Notes under the pieces: model-generated | Databases searched by the model: none | Seen by the model: the letters and a program-made list of their open reading frames with translations, nothing else | What the model was told of the DNA's origin: nothing | Program-made: the position numbers and the translations under genes | Shown here: piece by piece, positions 16,540-41,900 of the stretch | How positions within the stretch are numbered: the first letter of the stretch is position 1 | Layout of the letters: each line of letters opens with the position of its first letter | Assembly: GCF_009914755.1 (NCBI RefSeq) | Contig: NC_060929.1 | From: the human T2T-CHM13v2.0 reference genome, Homo sapiens | DNA length: 64,000 bases | Direction: 5' to 3' (one strand)

Positions 16540-17750
16540 CAGAGCATCTCTGGAGGCCACCTGGTCGGGTGAACCGAGTCTAAACGCTGAAGTTCCACAC
16601 CTCCCCGAGTCCGCGTCTCCCCAAGCCAAAGCAATCAGCTCGCACGCCAAGCATCCAGGTGGGGAGAGGGCGAGGGGAGGGGGCGGCAAGCCGCAGCTGC
16701 GAACCGGCCCGCGGCGGAGGCGAGCGAAGACGGGCATTCCCTCACACAAAATGGTGGCGCCGAGGCGGAGGCCGGCGCACCTGGGGGCGCCACACGCCCT
16801 ACGGGATCCCCGCAGACCGCCGCCAGCTGGACGCGAGCCCCGGGTCCAGGCGGCCCGCACTGGTCTGCGCCAGGCCCAGCCCGCAGGGGCCGCCCACAGC
16901 CGGTGGCCCGCGTCGCCGCTCGGTGTCCGCGGGTCTGGTGCTGGCGGGGGCGCGGGGCCCGGCGCGGCCGTCTCGGCCTCACCCAGCGGTCCGCGCCGGG
17001 GAGAGGGAGCGCACTCACCTCAGACGCGCCCCGGGAGCCGCTGGAAGAGCCCGGGAAAGGAGGCGGAGCCGCGCGAATGAATGGAGCCGGCGGCTGCTCG
17101 CTGGCGACCTCCGGCCGGTCCCAGGCCGCACAGCTCGCGGCTGCCAGGGCGAGTGCGGCTGCCTCCCGCTCGCCCCGGACGCCCGGCTCCTCGTCGCGGG
17201 TCGGCCGCGGCCCACCGTGCCCTCCGACGACGTGACGCACTAGCGCCGCAGCGCCTCCAGCCTTCGCTTCCGCTCCGCGCCCGCGCCCACCGCGAATCCC
17301 CCCGCCCGCCAGCGCGGAGCGGCCCCTCCTCGGAGCCTGGGACGCCGCCCTGCCTCCCTCCAGCCCCGGCTTTCAGGCGCCGGCCCGGCAGGTGCGGGCT
17401 TGGCCAGCCCGGGGGCGTCACGCGGCCCCCGCCTCGCCACCCGCGCCCCCTCTCTCCGCCCCGGCCGCCGTCACCCGGCAGCGCGACGCCCAGCTCAGGG
17501 CAATGGCCTGGTATTAAAGAGTGACCTTGGCTTAGATATAAAAATAGATGCGGTTAAGCCGCGGGGGCTGCAACGCTGATTTTGCGTATTCCTTTAATGC
17601 CGACCTTCGCAGGATTCTGTTCGCATAGCCCGGTGGAGTTCTCCAGCCCCGCGTAGGCCCTCCTGAAATTTACCCAGAGTGGGCGCGGCCATCCCGGCCT
17701 CGGGACAGGGGTGCAGAGGGCACGGGCGAGGACCGCCGGCCTCCGCCCCA
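16540..17750. promoter_or_regulatory. CpG island promoter
   Basis: Very high GC and CpG density; CRE/ATF-like cores (ACGTGACGCA ~17229, GGCGTCAC ~17414), ETS-like CTTCCGC ~17267, GC box CTCCGCCCC ~17741, YY1-like AAAATGGTGGCG ~16748. Confidence 0.92.
17019..17300 (-). other. Non-coding first exon (5' UTR) of a minus-strand spliced gene; tentative, unverified recollection: DENND4A
   Basis: Consensus donor GAG|GTGAGT on the minus strand (+ strand gcactcac|ctc, intron starts 17018) inside a CpG island; no ATG on minus strand in the exon; 5' boundary approximate. Gene identity is from memory only. Confidence 0.65.
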
Positions 17751-18810
17751 CCACTTTCATCCTAAACCTACTGCCACTTAGGTGCATGCAAGTTAGAATC
17801 GTGGGCTGCTTTCACAGTCTACAGAAGTCCTAGAGCCCGGACTTTCATCTGGAGATGTCAGGGAAATACCACATTCCTGCGCTGACCTTTTCTCTTTCAC
17901 CGTTTAACCGGTACAGAATAACCCTGACCCAGAAAGACAACAGGGTTCCATCCGGCTTTCCTCCCGTGCCTCTCCCAGCTCTATTCTACCGTCTTATGGC
18001 CTCTGGCGCCTTTGCTAATTACACACTCCTACTGAAAATTAGCCCTCCAGCATTTAAAACATGATAAATTGTCTTTAAGGTAATGCGTATTGTAGTCTAA
18101 ATATATTTAATAACTGTATTGAGAAACAATATTGTATCTAAGTATTAATGTCAAGACTTTCTTTTACTCATCATCCAAGAACCGTAGCATTATGTTCAGC
18201 TCATCCAGAAAAGTTGAAAATTGCTTCTTTCATTCCTGGGAAATATTTAGCAATCACAATACCAACTTTCACGAATTTACTAATGATTAGCAAAATTAGC
18301 AAGATCAAAAAATACTTCAAAGAATGCTTGTTGATATAGATATATTTGACCCTGATTTTTAAAAAAAGCTTTTCTGCCATATAAGAATCTATTGTTTCAT
18401 TTGTATAATATTTAATTAGCCAAAATCTTTACTATTACACATCATTTACCATTTTAATGAAACTTAATGAATTAGATTTAATAGAGCAGGAATTTTGGGT
18501 AGTTGGGTTCTACCCATAGCCAGTGATGAATGAAATTATATGACTTGTATTTACATTTCTAGAGCTATGTGTAAGTAGGAGTCCCCAGGGTAATCCCAAA
18601 CAATTGCCATTTGGGGAAGCTTTGGCTACCAGACTATGCCCTACAGATGTTGAAGCCTCAGGCCTTAGTGTAAAGCTAACCAATACAACTTGTTGATAAT
18701 ATTTGAAATGCCTGGGTGTGATTGACTCTTAGCTATTGTTTTAGAAGTATGCGGGTATTTGTGCCTGGGTCAGGGAGGCCTGGCTCCCAGATGTCTGGCT
18801 ATTCTGGTAG

Positions 18811-19156
<346 letters not shown>

Positions 19157-19619
19157 TGATTCTCTTTTCCCTACTTGCAAATGACACTATTTTTGAGAGT
19201 TTTTGGTTTTTTCTTTTTAAATCACCATTGACTTCCCTCTTTGGCTGAGATAAATTTTGCTTATCTTAGTGGGCAAAGAACAACAACTAAAAACATGAGC
19301 CTTTGTCAGATTAGTATATGCTGAAAATTGTTACCACAATATTTTGAAATATGCTTTGAGGCTTTTTTCTGAACCGTTTTTAGAGTAAAAGGATTATTGC
19401 TTTGGTTTTTGTTTTTGCAATGCTTGCTTTAATTATTACTTTGTTATTAGCAAAGGAAACATGTTAAGAGTTCGTTCTGATTGTATTTTTCCTCTATGTT
19501 TAAAGAGGAGTGGAACCATCTTAAGTAAAAGAAGCTTGCCACAACCCTGCATTTTGGAGGTTACTAATACACATGACCCAGAAAAGAGCTCTTTAGTTGC
19601 ACTGGGGAAGAGGAATTCT

Positions 19620-19870
19620 TAATAGCTAAAATCATAACTGATGTTTTTGACAGCTAACAAATTGCCAGGCACTCTACAGACTTCTTTATGGAAATTAATT
19701 CACTTAATCCTCTTACCATCCTTGCAGGTATACACTGTTACCCCCAGTTTACCTAAGAGGAGTCTTGAGGCACACAGAGAAACTAAGCAATTTGCCCATG
19801 GTCACACAGATAGTAATCCTAGCATGTTGGCTCAAGAGCACACTCCCTTAACCAGAATTCCATACTGCCT
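19620..19870 (-). mobile_element. MIR SINE
   Basis: tgccaggcactc...cttgaggcacacagaga...tttgcccatggtcacacag. Confidence 0.7.
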
Positions 19871-20268
19871 TAAATGTGCACAAAATCCTATACCATATGG
19901 ATAGATTTTGCTTTTGAAGCCCTAAAACATACTAAATGTCCTATACTTTCAAGTTTAAATAATTTCTTAGATCTAGTATTTTCCCAGACAGGAAGGAAGA
20001 ATTAAAACTAGTTACAAGTTTACAAGTTAGAAAGAAAACTTGTAAAAACTTCCTCTGGTATATACTAAGCAAAATTTTATAATCTGTTAGTTTTTGAAAA
20101 ACACATTTTTCATTTTTACATCATTTAAGTGTAATTGCTCTCCAAGTCCCGTCCCCCAGTTCCAGGGCATAATTACAAGTTTTCATTCTGTTTATTTAGC
20201 GCGTGGAAAAGACACATTTCCTTAGAAAGATTTATCATCATCTTTGACACTCCAATAAGACATAAATA

Positions 20269-20777
20269 TGTTGGGAACAGGCCCCCCCAAAATCTCGCCA
20301 TCAACTGGCCCCAAAACTGGCCATAAACAAAATCTTTGCACCACTGTGACATGTTCGTGATGGCCGTGACGCCCACGCTGGAAGGTTGTGGGTTTACCAG
20401 AATGAGGGCAAGGAACACCTGGCCCACCCAGGGCGGAAAACCGCTTAAAGGCGTTCTTAAACCACAAACGATAGCATGAGCGACCTGTGCCTGGACATGC
20501 CCCTGCTACAGATAACTAGCCAGAGCCCATCCCTTTATTTCAGCCCATCCCTTGTTTCCTGTAAGGAATACTTTTAGTTAATCTATAATCTATAGAAACA
20601 ATGCTTATCACTGGCTTGCTGTCAATAAATATGTGGGTAAATCTCTGTTTGAGGCTCTCAGCTCTGAAGGCTGTAAGACCCCTGATTTACCACTCCACAC
20701 CTCTGTATTTCTGTGTGTGTCTTTAATTCCTCTAGCGCCCCTGGGCCAGGGTCTCCCCAGCTGAGCTGGTCTCGGCA
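20269..20777 (+). mobile_element. MER9 solo LTR (HERV-K9/HML-3)
   Basis: TGTTGGGAACAGGCCCC...GCTGGTCTCGGCA, internal AATAAA; 6-bp TSD taaata/taaatg. Confidence 0.9.
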
Positions 20778-20813
20778 TAAATGGGTAGATTTAGAATCCA
20801 TCATATGTTTTAA

Positions 20814-21115
<302 letters not shown>

Positions 21116-21605
21116 AGGAGAACATTTTAATAACTGAGGTAGCCCAGGGATTTCTAGATTGAAACTATTAGCCAGTCAGCTAACTAGTTAGCTAATAATA
21201 TCAGCCATGGCAATGTAGAAAGACAATCTTACCTGCAGGCACTAAAAGACGAAAAAGGACAGCTATCCTAGAATGCTTGATTTCTTCCTTTGGTATGTAA
21301 GAAAACATGTCACAGGAATGCTTTCAGAATTAAAAGCAGTGTTTTGACTGAGTTTTATTGGTCAAACACTACTATAACTGCAGATTTCAAATTCCTGAGT
21401 GATACTGTGCCCTGGGGGGAGAAAAGAACCTGAAGAAAAGAGAAATAAGTTTGAGAAGCCCAGTTGCATTTGTCTTGCTGCTTGATTTGCTTTAATATGT
21501 GGTAGAAGGACAGAGAATTTGGTAAGTTTAGTTTAGGTTTAAAAGAAATAAAATGTACAGTTTTTCATATTGTTAATGAAAAATCACATACATATTTACA
21601 TCCAT

Positions 21606-22745
<1,140 letters not shown>

Positions 22746-22825
22746 ACAAATACACAGAAAAGTATAATTAAATTTTGCATTTTTAGTTAGAACAAGTAGA
22801 AGAATCAGGATGTAGAGAGGGATTC

Positions 22826-23127
<302 letters not shown>

Positions 23128-23361
23128 GTAGAGAGGGATTCTAAAATTAAAATATTTGGTCCGTGTTTTATAGGCAGCAACCTGGCATATATATCAAAAG
23201 TAATGAAAATATGGATATATTTCCCATAATACCACTCCTGGAAACTTATCCAAAGAAATACTTAAGAAAAAAAAGTTATGTGCATGTCACTGAATGATGT
23301 CACTGAAACATTTTTTTTTTAAAAAAAAAAAAGCCAAAATGTACAAATACAAAAATGTCTA

Positions 23362-23650
<289 letters not shown>

Positions 23651-23839
23651 GGATATTTAATAATAGGTATATTGCTATTCATCAAAGAAATACAAAATTT
23701 TCACCTATATTATTAAAGACAACAGGGGGCATTTTATAAAATTACTAATAGCAACTTGCAAAGCATATTGGAACATCTATACACTGTAACAGTTTGGCAG
23801 AAAGTGGAACACCTGTCTGGATGCAATGTATCATGATCA

Positions 23840-24060
23840 TCATTGTCATTGTTGCTGGATTTCATTTATCAAACGTTTATATGCTAGACATTGTACTAAA
23901 TATCATACTTAAGTTATCTTATTTAATGCCCACAATATCTGCTTGATGTAGATACTATGATCCTCATTTAACACATGAGGAAACTGAAGCTTAGAGAAGT
24001 GAAGAAATTAATCCAAGGCTATGGAACAGGAATTGGACTCTTCTTCTGAAATACTCTAGA
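23840..24060 (-). mobile_element. MIR SINE
   Basis: atgaggaaactgaagcttagagaagtgaag core. Confidence 0.7.
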
Positions 24061-24159
24061 TTTTGGAGACTAGACTCTAGACTTTACTGTTTTTCAATCA
24101 GTATATATCTAGCTTCTAGAAAATATTTATATTAACACTCTCTCACCCAATATTTATGC

Positions 24160-25400
24160 ATTTATTAATTCAACACGTCCTTTGAAATGTCTGTTATGCC
24201 AGGCACCATACTAGATATACCCTGTGATGTGATCATGTAACAGTGGAACAGGCAGAGCCAACAAGAAGTTGACCTATGAAACCATGGCTTGTAGCAGAGT
24301 GTTGGGTACCAAGAAATGAAGCTGCAGAAATAGGCAGGACCTGTTATTCTTAAAAAAATCCTGTTCAACCATGGTAAGGAGTATGGACCCAGGCCCAAAG
24401 GTAATGGAAATCCATTTGTATTAGTTTGTTTTCACACTGCTGATAAAGACATACCCAAGACTGGGCATTTTACAAAAGAAAGAGGTTTAATGGACTTACA
24501 GTTCCACGTGGCTAGGGAGGGCCTCACAGTCATGGTGGAAGGCAAGGAGGAGCATGTCATGTCTTACATGGATGGCAGCAGGCAAAGAGAGAGCTTGTGC
24601 AGAGAAACTCCCCTCTTTAAAACCATCAGATCTTGTGAGACGCATTCACTATCACGAGAACAGCACAGGAAAGACCTGTGCTGTTAATCACTAATTTGAT
24701 CACTTCTCACCTGGTTTCTCCCACAACATGTGGGAATTGTGGGAGTTACAATTCAAGATGAGATTTGGGTGGGGACACAGCCAAACCATATCACCATTTA
24801 AGGAGTTTAAATTTCAGAGTGACAGGACCATATTTGCATTAGTAAAGAGATGACAGTCTGATCTAGAAGTGACAGTGAGGATGAAGAGAAGTAAATAGAT
24901 TCTGGAGCTCAAAGGTGGAAAGTAGAATCAACAGGGTCTGGCAAAACAAGCAATATAATAGAGAAGGCAAGCAAGACCATCAGGTTCCTGACTTGAGCCA
25001 CTGGATAAATAATGGTGTTATTTACTCAAATAGCAATCACTGCAGATAAGGATTTGGGGAGTAAAATTATGAGTTCCATTTTGTCTATGTTGAGTTTTTA
25101 TGTGCTTGTAAGACATCCAAGTGGGGACATCTAAAATAGTGAGATCTTCAGGACTTCAGGGGAAATATGTAGACTTAAGGTATATTGATCAGGAGATATC
25201 AGCATAGGCATGGTAATTGAAGCCTTGGAATGAGTGAGCTTGCTCAGAGAGAATGGCGGGGAAAAGCATAGGTCCAGCCAAAATCTTATAGGGACCACAG
25301 AAGATCCTGCAGGAGAAACAGCATGGTCAGAGAGACAAGGGAGAGTGTGATAGCACAGAAGCCAAGAGACAGAGGTGAGTCGGCAGTGGAGTTAAATGCT
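24160..25400 (-). mobile_element. L2 LINE fragment split by THE1
   Basis: L2 3' end (attaattcaac...tatgccaggcac) and body (tgagttccattttg...agacatccaagtgg). Confidence 0.65.
24417..24793 (-). mobile_element. THE1B-like MaLR solo LTR
   Basis: Minus strand begins TGATATGGTTTGGCTGTGTCCCC; perfect 5-bp TSD ccatt (24412-24416, 24794-24798). Confidence 0.9.
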
Positions 25401-25945
25401 CCCTTCAGAATTCATCCAAAGAAATAACTAAGGATAAGCCCAAAGACTTGCCTACAAGATTATTTCAATACTGTCTGTAATGGGAAAATATTGGTAGTGG
25501 GGAAAGGAAGGGGGAATCCAACAGTAAGATAGTTGTTAAATAAATGTTGGTACATCCATACAATGGAATGTTGTGTAATCTTTAAATCGCATTTCTGAAG
25601 AATATTTAATGACATGGGAAAATGTTAAGTAGAAAAAGCATCTGTTTAAAAATTATGATCCCACTTTTGCTTTTAAAATTATGCTTAATCATACAGATAT
25701 ATTCACAGAATATTTAGACCATAATGATATGCAATATATAAAAATGTTAACACCAAAAGTTGGAAATGGATTGGAAACAGGCAAGACTGGGTAGTGGAAT
25801 TATTGGATGGGTGGTTTGTATTTTGTTGATTATATTTTTCTCATTTTCCATGCTGAACATATAGTCCTTTTACACTAAGAAAAATCTTAATAGGTTTTTG
25901 GTTAAGAAACTTATAACACATAACACACAATATGCAGTGATTAAA

Positions 25946-26330
<385 letters not shown>

Positions 26331-26385
26331 TAGCAGGTTATATTACTTTATAGAAAGATGCAGGATAAGGACTTTGTAGAAGAAC

Positions 26386-27329
<944 letters not shown>

Positions 27330-27720
27330 AGACCAAAGGTATCCGTGATCAAAGGGTGGGGACAGATCCAAGACAGACGGAGCAGGTCCTTTTCCTGCCC
27401 AGCTGGGTAAAGGCCTCTGCCCTGTTAATCATGGAATAAATGAGTCCCTGGACTTTAATGTTTGCCCAGTGCCCCCTACAGAATCAGTTCACGGATGAAG
27501 GGACATCCTGGGAACACATGACATATTGTCCTTGTTCTGAGGCCTCCACACACAGCAGGGCCTCACACAAGGTCACGCACACACCAGAGAGGGCACAAGA
27601 AAAGGTTGAAAACCTGCCCAGGTTCTGCATGCCAAGCCAAGTGCCCTAACTCTAGGCTTCATCACCCGGAGGAAGAGGTGCCATTTTCTAATCTGCCTGC
27701 CCATTGGAAGTACCTTTTCT

Positions 27721-27752
<32 letters not shown>

Positions 27753-27945
27753 TTTTTTTATTATTATACTTTAAGTTCTAGGGTACGTGTGCACAATGTG
27801 CAGGTTTGTTACATATATATACATGTGCCATGTTGGTGTGCTGCACCCATTAACTTGTCATTCACATTAGGTATATCTCCTAATGCTATCCCTCCCCCCT
27901 CTCCCCACCCCACAACAGGCCCCAGTGTGTGATGTTCCCCTCAGA
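27721..27945 (-). mobile_element. Very short 5'-truncated L1PA with (TA)n in tail
   Basis: L1PA 3' end ttattatactttaagttctagggtac; perfect 15-bp TSD ggaagtaccttttct (27706-27720, 27946-27960). Confidence 0.92.
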
Positions 27946-28960
27946 GGAAGTACCTTTTCTAATCAGAACAAAGTGTCCTTCTATGCTAATGTGACCCTAA
28001 CTGCATTAGGTTTGACACTGGCAGGCAGATTCAAGATAATTTGGGATCATCTTTTATAGGGCCTTATAACAAGACATAATTCATTATAATTGAAAATTAA
28101 TTTCAGTACATTATTTTGGTTTTTGGTGGAATAGTCTATACTTTGAGGACTTGTTATACACTCAGTTAGTCAAAACATATGTAGTATTTATACCTGTAAG
28201 TGTTTGCTAAAGGTAGAGAGCCATTATCATCCCACCTCCCTACCTCCATTCATCCTCCTGCCCCTCCCATTCCCCCACCCCTCTACCACCAGTTTAATTT
28301 ACTAATTTAGAAAAATATTGCAAAGCAGAAAGCAACGACGTTACTGCTTGGCTTTCTTTATGTCAGTTTAGTTGCCCAATTGAGGAATTTGATTAACAGC
28401 TAAATTCTGTACTGTAGATAATGCTGGAACTAAAAATGCTTTCAAAGTAAAAATTTGCATATGGAAGCAATCGATGTTGTAATAAAAAATACATATATAA
28501 AGCAAAGACTATTCCAACTTCAAAAAACAAAAATCAATCACACAAACAAAACCTGTGAAACTGAATACTCCAACTTGACAAGGATGACTTAAAAAAAGAT
28601 CAGGCAAAACATTTGAATTCTTTTATATTGGAAAGGAGCCAAAATGAGAGACAGGAACAAAGATGAACTTTCAGCTCAAACAAAGACACAACCCACTGGG
28701 AAAGGCATGTTCTGCCAAGGCTTAGAGAAGGGACTCTCTTTTTCTTCCCCCATATCAAGGCTGACACAATACACAAAGTCTCTCAATTTTTCATCCTGGC
28801 CTTGATCTGAAAATGCTACAGCGAAATGGATTAGTGCTGGGGTGGGGATGGAGTGGAACTAGGCCTTCAGTGTGGGGCAGGCTTCCTTGGGCTCTCCAGT
28901 TTGCCCTGGTTCTCAAGCTTCAGTATAAAAAATGCAGAGACCTGGGTCTTCTCTCTCACT

Positions 28961-29417
28961 GCCTGGGCAACACAGGGAGACCCTGTCTCTACAAAAAATA
29001 AAAAAAATTAGCCAGGCATGGTGGTGCATGCCTGTGGTCCCAGCTGGTCAGGAGGCCGAGGTGGGAGGTTAGCTTGAGCCCGGGAGGTCAAGGCTGCAGT
29101 GGGCTGTGATCGTGCCACTGCACTTCTAGCCTGGGTGACAGAGTAAGACCCTGTCTCAAAAAACAAACAAAACAAACCAAAACAAAAATGTATTCACTGC
29201 ATATTATATGTTATGTGTCATAAGTTTCTTAACCAAAAACCTATTAAGATTTTTCTTAGTGTAAAAGGACTATAAGTTCAGCATGTAAAATGAGAAAAAT
29301 TTAATCAACAAAATATAAACCACTCATCCAATAATTCCACTACCCAGTCTTGCCTCTTTCTAATCCATTTCCAACTTTTGGTGTTAACATTTTTATATAT
29401 TGCATATCATTATTGGT
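28961..29417 (-). repeat. Inverted duplicate of 25718-26170 (non-Alu flank plus partial AluJ)
   Basis: ~455 bp reverse-complement match, ~94% in the non-Alu part by hand count; the Alu portion shares private variants. Confidence 0.95.
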
Positions 29418-29559
29418 AGTGAGATTCCAATCCAGGAAATCAGGAATGGGACCAAAGAATTTTAAAATAAGCAATACAGGTCTATCTTTATCAAAACTCT
29501 TTATAGCTGGTGAGAAACTGAGACAACAAAACGTAGTATGTCTATGGTGTAGAGAGAAA

Positions 29560-32245
<2,686 letters not shown>

Positions 32246-32248
32246 CAC

Positions 32249-33624
<1,376 letters not shown>

Positions 33625-34011
33625 TGTCACGCACGTCCGTGTAAAGAGACCACCAAACAGGCTTTGTGTGAGCAACAAGGCTGTTTATTTCACCTGGGTG
33701 CAGGCGGGCTGAGTCTGAAAAGAGAGTCAGCGAAGGGAGATAGGGGTGGGGCCGTTTTACAGGATTTGGGTAGGTAGTGGAAAATTACAGTCAAAGGGTT
33801 GTTCTCTGGCGGGCTGGGGCGGGGGGTCACAAGGTGCTCAGTGGGGGAGCATCTGAGCCAGGAGAAGGAATTTCACAAGGTAATGTCATCAGTTAAGGCA
33901 GGAACCGGCCATTTTCACTTCTTTTGTGATTCTTCAGTTACTTCAGCCATCTGGATATACGTGCAGGTCACAAGGGATATGATGGTTTAGCTTGGGCTCA
34001 GAGGCCTGACA
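33625..34011 (-). mobile_element. LTR7-family (HERV-H) 3' LTR
   Basis: Minus strand TGTCAGGCCTCTGAGCCCAAGC...AATAAACAGCC...CGTGACA. Confidence 0.92.
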
Positions 34012-34856
<845 letters not shown>

Positions 34857-35290
34857 TAGCATTATGGCAATGACTGACTAATACATTAGATATTGCCTAC
34901 TTCTTCTCCAAAGTGGTTGTCCTAACTTTTACTCAAATCAGCACTATGTTAACATTCCCTTTGCTTTACATCCTCCCTTTGTCAGACTTTTAAACTTTTG
35001 AATCGGATAGATGTACAGTATCTTCTTAGTGTGGTTTGAATGTGCATTTTCATAATTACAATAAAATTGAGAATATTTTCATATGTTTATTGACCATTTG
35101 AGTTTATGTTCCTATTTATTGACTGTTGATTTCTTATATATATTCTTCCGTACATTTGAAAGATTCAAGAACAAGTTTAAGAAAGAAAGAAAAGCAAAAT
35201 ACAGAATGATATAAGGACACACGTGTGTGTGTGTGTGCTCATGTATATTCAATACATATATATCAATATGTGTTTTTATATGAATAGTTT

Positions 35291-35991
<701 letters not shown>

Positions 35992-36352
35992 TAAACAATA
36001 AAGTTGAAGAATTATTAAAGGACATTTGTAGTAAACTGTAAAAGCAAACTGACAAAACTTGTAATTTGTTAAAAAAAAAAAAGGTGAAAAAGTAAAGTAA
36101 GAATAGTGTTCCTGATGTGGGTGTGGGGAGATGCTTAACATTGCTAGAATTTTGGTGGAAATGAGTAGCACCCAGAGCGTCAGCCAGATGGCCAAGTGAG
36201 ATTGGATCTCAAGTGAACTCCTGCAAAGTCTTTGATCTCCCTGTGGTAAAGGATTAATGGCCCATGAAGCATAAGTCAATGAACTAGATCAGTAAAACTT
36301 CAACCCTGCTGCATGCTAATATTACCTGAGAAACTTCTAAAGTAAGGATCTA

Positions 36353-38206
<1,854 letters not shown>

Positions 38207-39003
38207 GTGATCCAAAATCTGAATTGAGATTTTGCAGAAGTCGTGCCTCTGGAAACAGTATTTAAAAAAAAAATTGTCCAGGTGATTACTATGAGCAGAC
38301 AAGGTTGAAATTCCACAATATAGATGCCAATATGTAAGACATCAAACAACACTGTTTGGGAAAATAAGATTTTTTTGGCCTGCAGTTATTATGAGGTTTT
38401 AAACTTTAAGTGTAATGAAATTAGGACAAAGTTGTAGATTTCTGTTAGGTGACATCAACAGAGGGTAAAAGGAAATTATAACTTAAAAAATATTTCTATC
38501 TCAAAATAAAGTTTCTTTGAATGACTTTCATTCAATGATTATTTATTGAGAATCAATGACATGCAAAGCCTTGTGCTAGAGCTGTGGGATTTTTAAAAAA
38601 TGGCTGGGAAATGGCTCTTACCCTCAAAGTTGTTTCAGTCTAGTTAAGAGATACAAAGAATTAGAGACAAAACAGGGCAGAAATAAATGCCAAAGTGGAA
38701 GAAACGAAGTGTATGGGAACACTGAGGAGATTAACACTGGTGAAGAGGGTGGGAATGGGGAGTCTTCATGGAGAAACCAGGATTTGAACGCAGTTTGAAG
38801 AATGAGCAGCATTTCAGAAGGTGGAGAAGCTGGGAAGGGGCAGAGTCCCAGTCTGGGGAACAGTAGGAGCCACTGTTGATACTTGGAGAGGTATCCATCC
38901 AATCTATGCATCTCTCTGTCTCTGTGTCTCTCTCTCTGTTCCTCTCTATATATAGTGTGTATGTAAATTATATACATACATATATAATACATGTTACATA
39001 TCT

Positions 39004-39558
39004 GTATACATAAAATAAAATCTTGAGATCCTCAACTCACCATGCCAAAGGGAAAGTTAAACTTGGGACCTGAGTCACACAAAAACTGCTTTCCTTTAGT
39101 TCACAGATAGCTGTAATTTCACATGCTTACTTTGTCTTATGTAAACTGTAGATGTGAGCACAAGTCAAATGTGTAATGGCCTTTTCCCTGACTCCTTTTT
39201 TTCACATGTAAAATGTAGATTCACTGGGTGCTTAAAAAAAAAAAAGGCCTCACAAGAATATGACCGCTTGCCTCATTACCTACCCTCTGCCGCTTCTTCC
39301 CCTTTCCTCCTTCCCTTCCTGCTCACTATTTCCGCTTTAAATATTGAAGTCCTCCGAACCCTCTTTTGAGGGTTTCCTCTTCTTTTCATATCCTTTGCCC
39401 ATTTTTCTATTGGGTTATTTTTATTTATCGTTTTGCAAGACAAAGCACAGGACACAGATCCTACTGTGACTTGTGTTTCTTCTTCCTGGGTGTGTCCTCA
39501 ACCTTGACAAAATAAACCTCTAAATCAATTATTTGCCTCAGTCACTTTTTGGTTTACA
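39004..39558 (+). mobile_element. MER4-group ERV1 solo LTR (subfamily uncertain)
   Basis: TGTA...aaaataaacctctaaa...tttttggtttACA ends typical of the MER4 group. Confidence 0.7.
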
Positions 39559-39778
39559 CATATACATATGGGTTATATACATATACATATGTACATGTAT
39601 ATACACATCACATAGGAATAAACTAAGCAATTGTTTGGGTATATAATTACATATATATTTGATATATTTATGGAGGACCTATCTAATGTCTCTAATATAC
39701 TGTGTCTATTTATTTATACATTCACATATATGTTTGTGTGTTGCGGGGGTGTGGGGTATGTTTACTCTTTTCCCCCGC

Positions 39779-40092
39779 TTTTTGAGACAGTCTCACACTG
39801 TCACCCAGGCTGGAGTGCAGTGGCTCCACTGCAGCTCACTGCAGCCTCAACCTTCCCAAGTTCAGGTGATCCTCCTGCCTCAGCCTCCCAAGTTGCTGGG
39901 ACTACAGGCATGCACCACAACATCTGGCTAATTTTGCTATTTTTTTCTTCTTCTTCTTTTTTTTTTTTTTTAGAGAGATGGGGTTTTGCCATGTTGCCCA
40001 GCCTGGTCTGAAACTCCTGAGCTCAAGTGATCGTCTCCTCCCACCTCAGCCTCCCAAAGTGCGGAAATTACAGGCAAGAGCTGCACCCAGCC
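39779..40092 (-). mobile_element. AluJ
   Basis: Full dimer; atgtttactct flanks. Confidence 0.88.
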
Positions 40093-41187
40093 ATGTTTAC
40101 TCTCTAATGTGTGTTGTTTTTATTCAAAAACTGCAGTGCTCCCTTGCCTGAAACCTTTTGCAGACTTCCCATCACTTACCGGGTTAAGTGCAAGCTCTTT
40201 GCCTGTTGCGCCAAGCCTATGTGGTCAGGGCTCTGTTTGCCTCTGTCTCCAGCCTTCTCTTGAGCCACTCTGGCCACTTTTCAGAGGGATCTACAGTGGG
40301 GGAACGAAAGAAAGAATGCTCCTCCTGAGCACCTTCTTCCAAAGTGGAGTCCTTTCAGCAGTTGTTTTCAAGATTAATATGTCAACAAGACTACTGTTAC
40401 AGGGATAATGAAAAGACCTTAGGGGAAGCAGCATGAAAGCAAGACTGTGACCATGCAGAGAGGGAGCCAAAGGGCAATGCCTTCTTTATGGGCTCCCTCC
40501 CACACTACCCAGAGACAGAGCCACCTCCTCCCAGACTGACTTCCCCATGTTTGGACTTAGCTTTGATGCTGCTGTAGTCATACTGAGAACTTTATAAACT
40601 GCCCCTAGGTCCTTGAACAAGCCCAGCTGTTTCACATCTCTGTGACTGTACTCATTTTCATCCCTCAAGCTTGAATGCCCTTACCTACCATGGTCTGCTA
40701 GGCAAACTCTAATCATCTTTCAAAACTCAGCTCATGCAACATTGTTTTTTTCCATGTGGAGACCACAGTGAGATATTCCCCACCCAGTGATTTAGAAATA
40801 AGATTGCCACAAAATAACACCAGCAAACCACATATATCATAAACGCGATTAGCCCTCTGGAGGAGAAAACCAAGCAATTGTGTATAAATATGTAAATAAT
40901 TTAGAAATTCTCTAATTTCAAAAAGAAAAAAAGGAGAAAGTGGTGTTGGATACTCTCAAGGACAGAATATGGAAAGAACTCCAATGTAATAAACAGAAAA
41001 CCATTAATTAATTGTATTTGCCTTGATTACAGCAAGATCATGTGAAGAAAAGGGTCTGGTAAACCCAGGAAACACAGAGTTAGGGTGGGGATGGGGGTAG
41101 ATGGGTATACATCATTAATTTCCACTGCTATATATTAGCCTAGCATATGAAATCAATTATAATTTATCTTCTACTGGTAGAAATTGA

Positions 41188-41748
<561 letters not shown>

Positions 41749-41900
41749 TAGCTCATATTGTCCCAAGGTATGTGTTCAGGAGTGGGATTACTGAATAATA
41801 AAGTGTGAACCTATTCATCTTTATTAGATAAGGTCAAATTGTTCTTTAAAGTGGTTGCACCAGTTTATGCGGCCACCAACAGTGTAACAGTGTTCTTGTT

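Noticed and set aside
16519-17524. Overlapping 110-201 aa ORFs on both strands of the CpG island
   Set aside because: Low-complexity Arg/Pro/Gly/Ala products expected from stop-poor GC-rich DNA; many lack a real ATG and several run through the splice donor.
20011-20046. ttacaagtt direct repeat plus 10-bp inverted repeat
   Set aside because: Too short and AT-rich to separate from chance.
21178-21193. Perfect 16-bp palindrome agctaactagttagct
   Set aside because: About one such palindrome is expected by chance in 64 kb.
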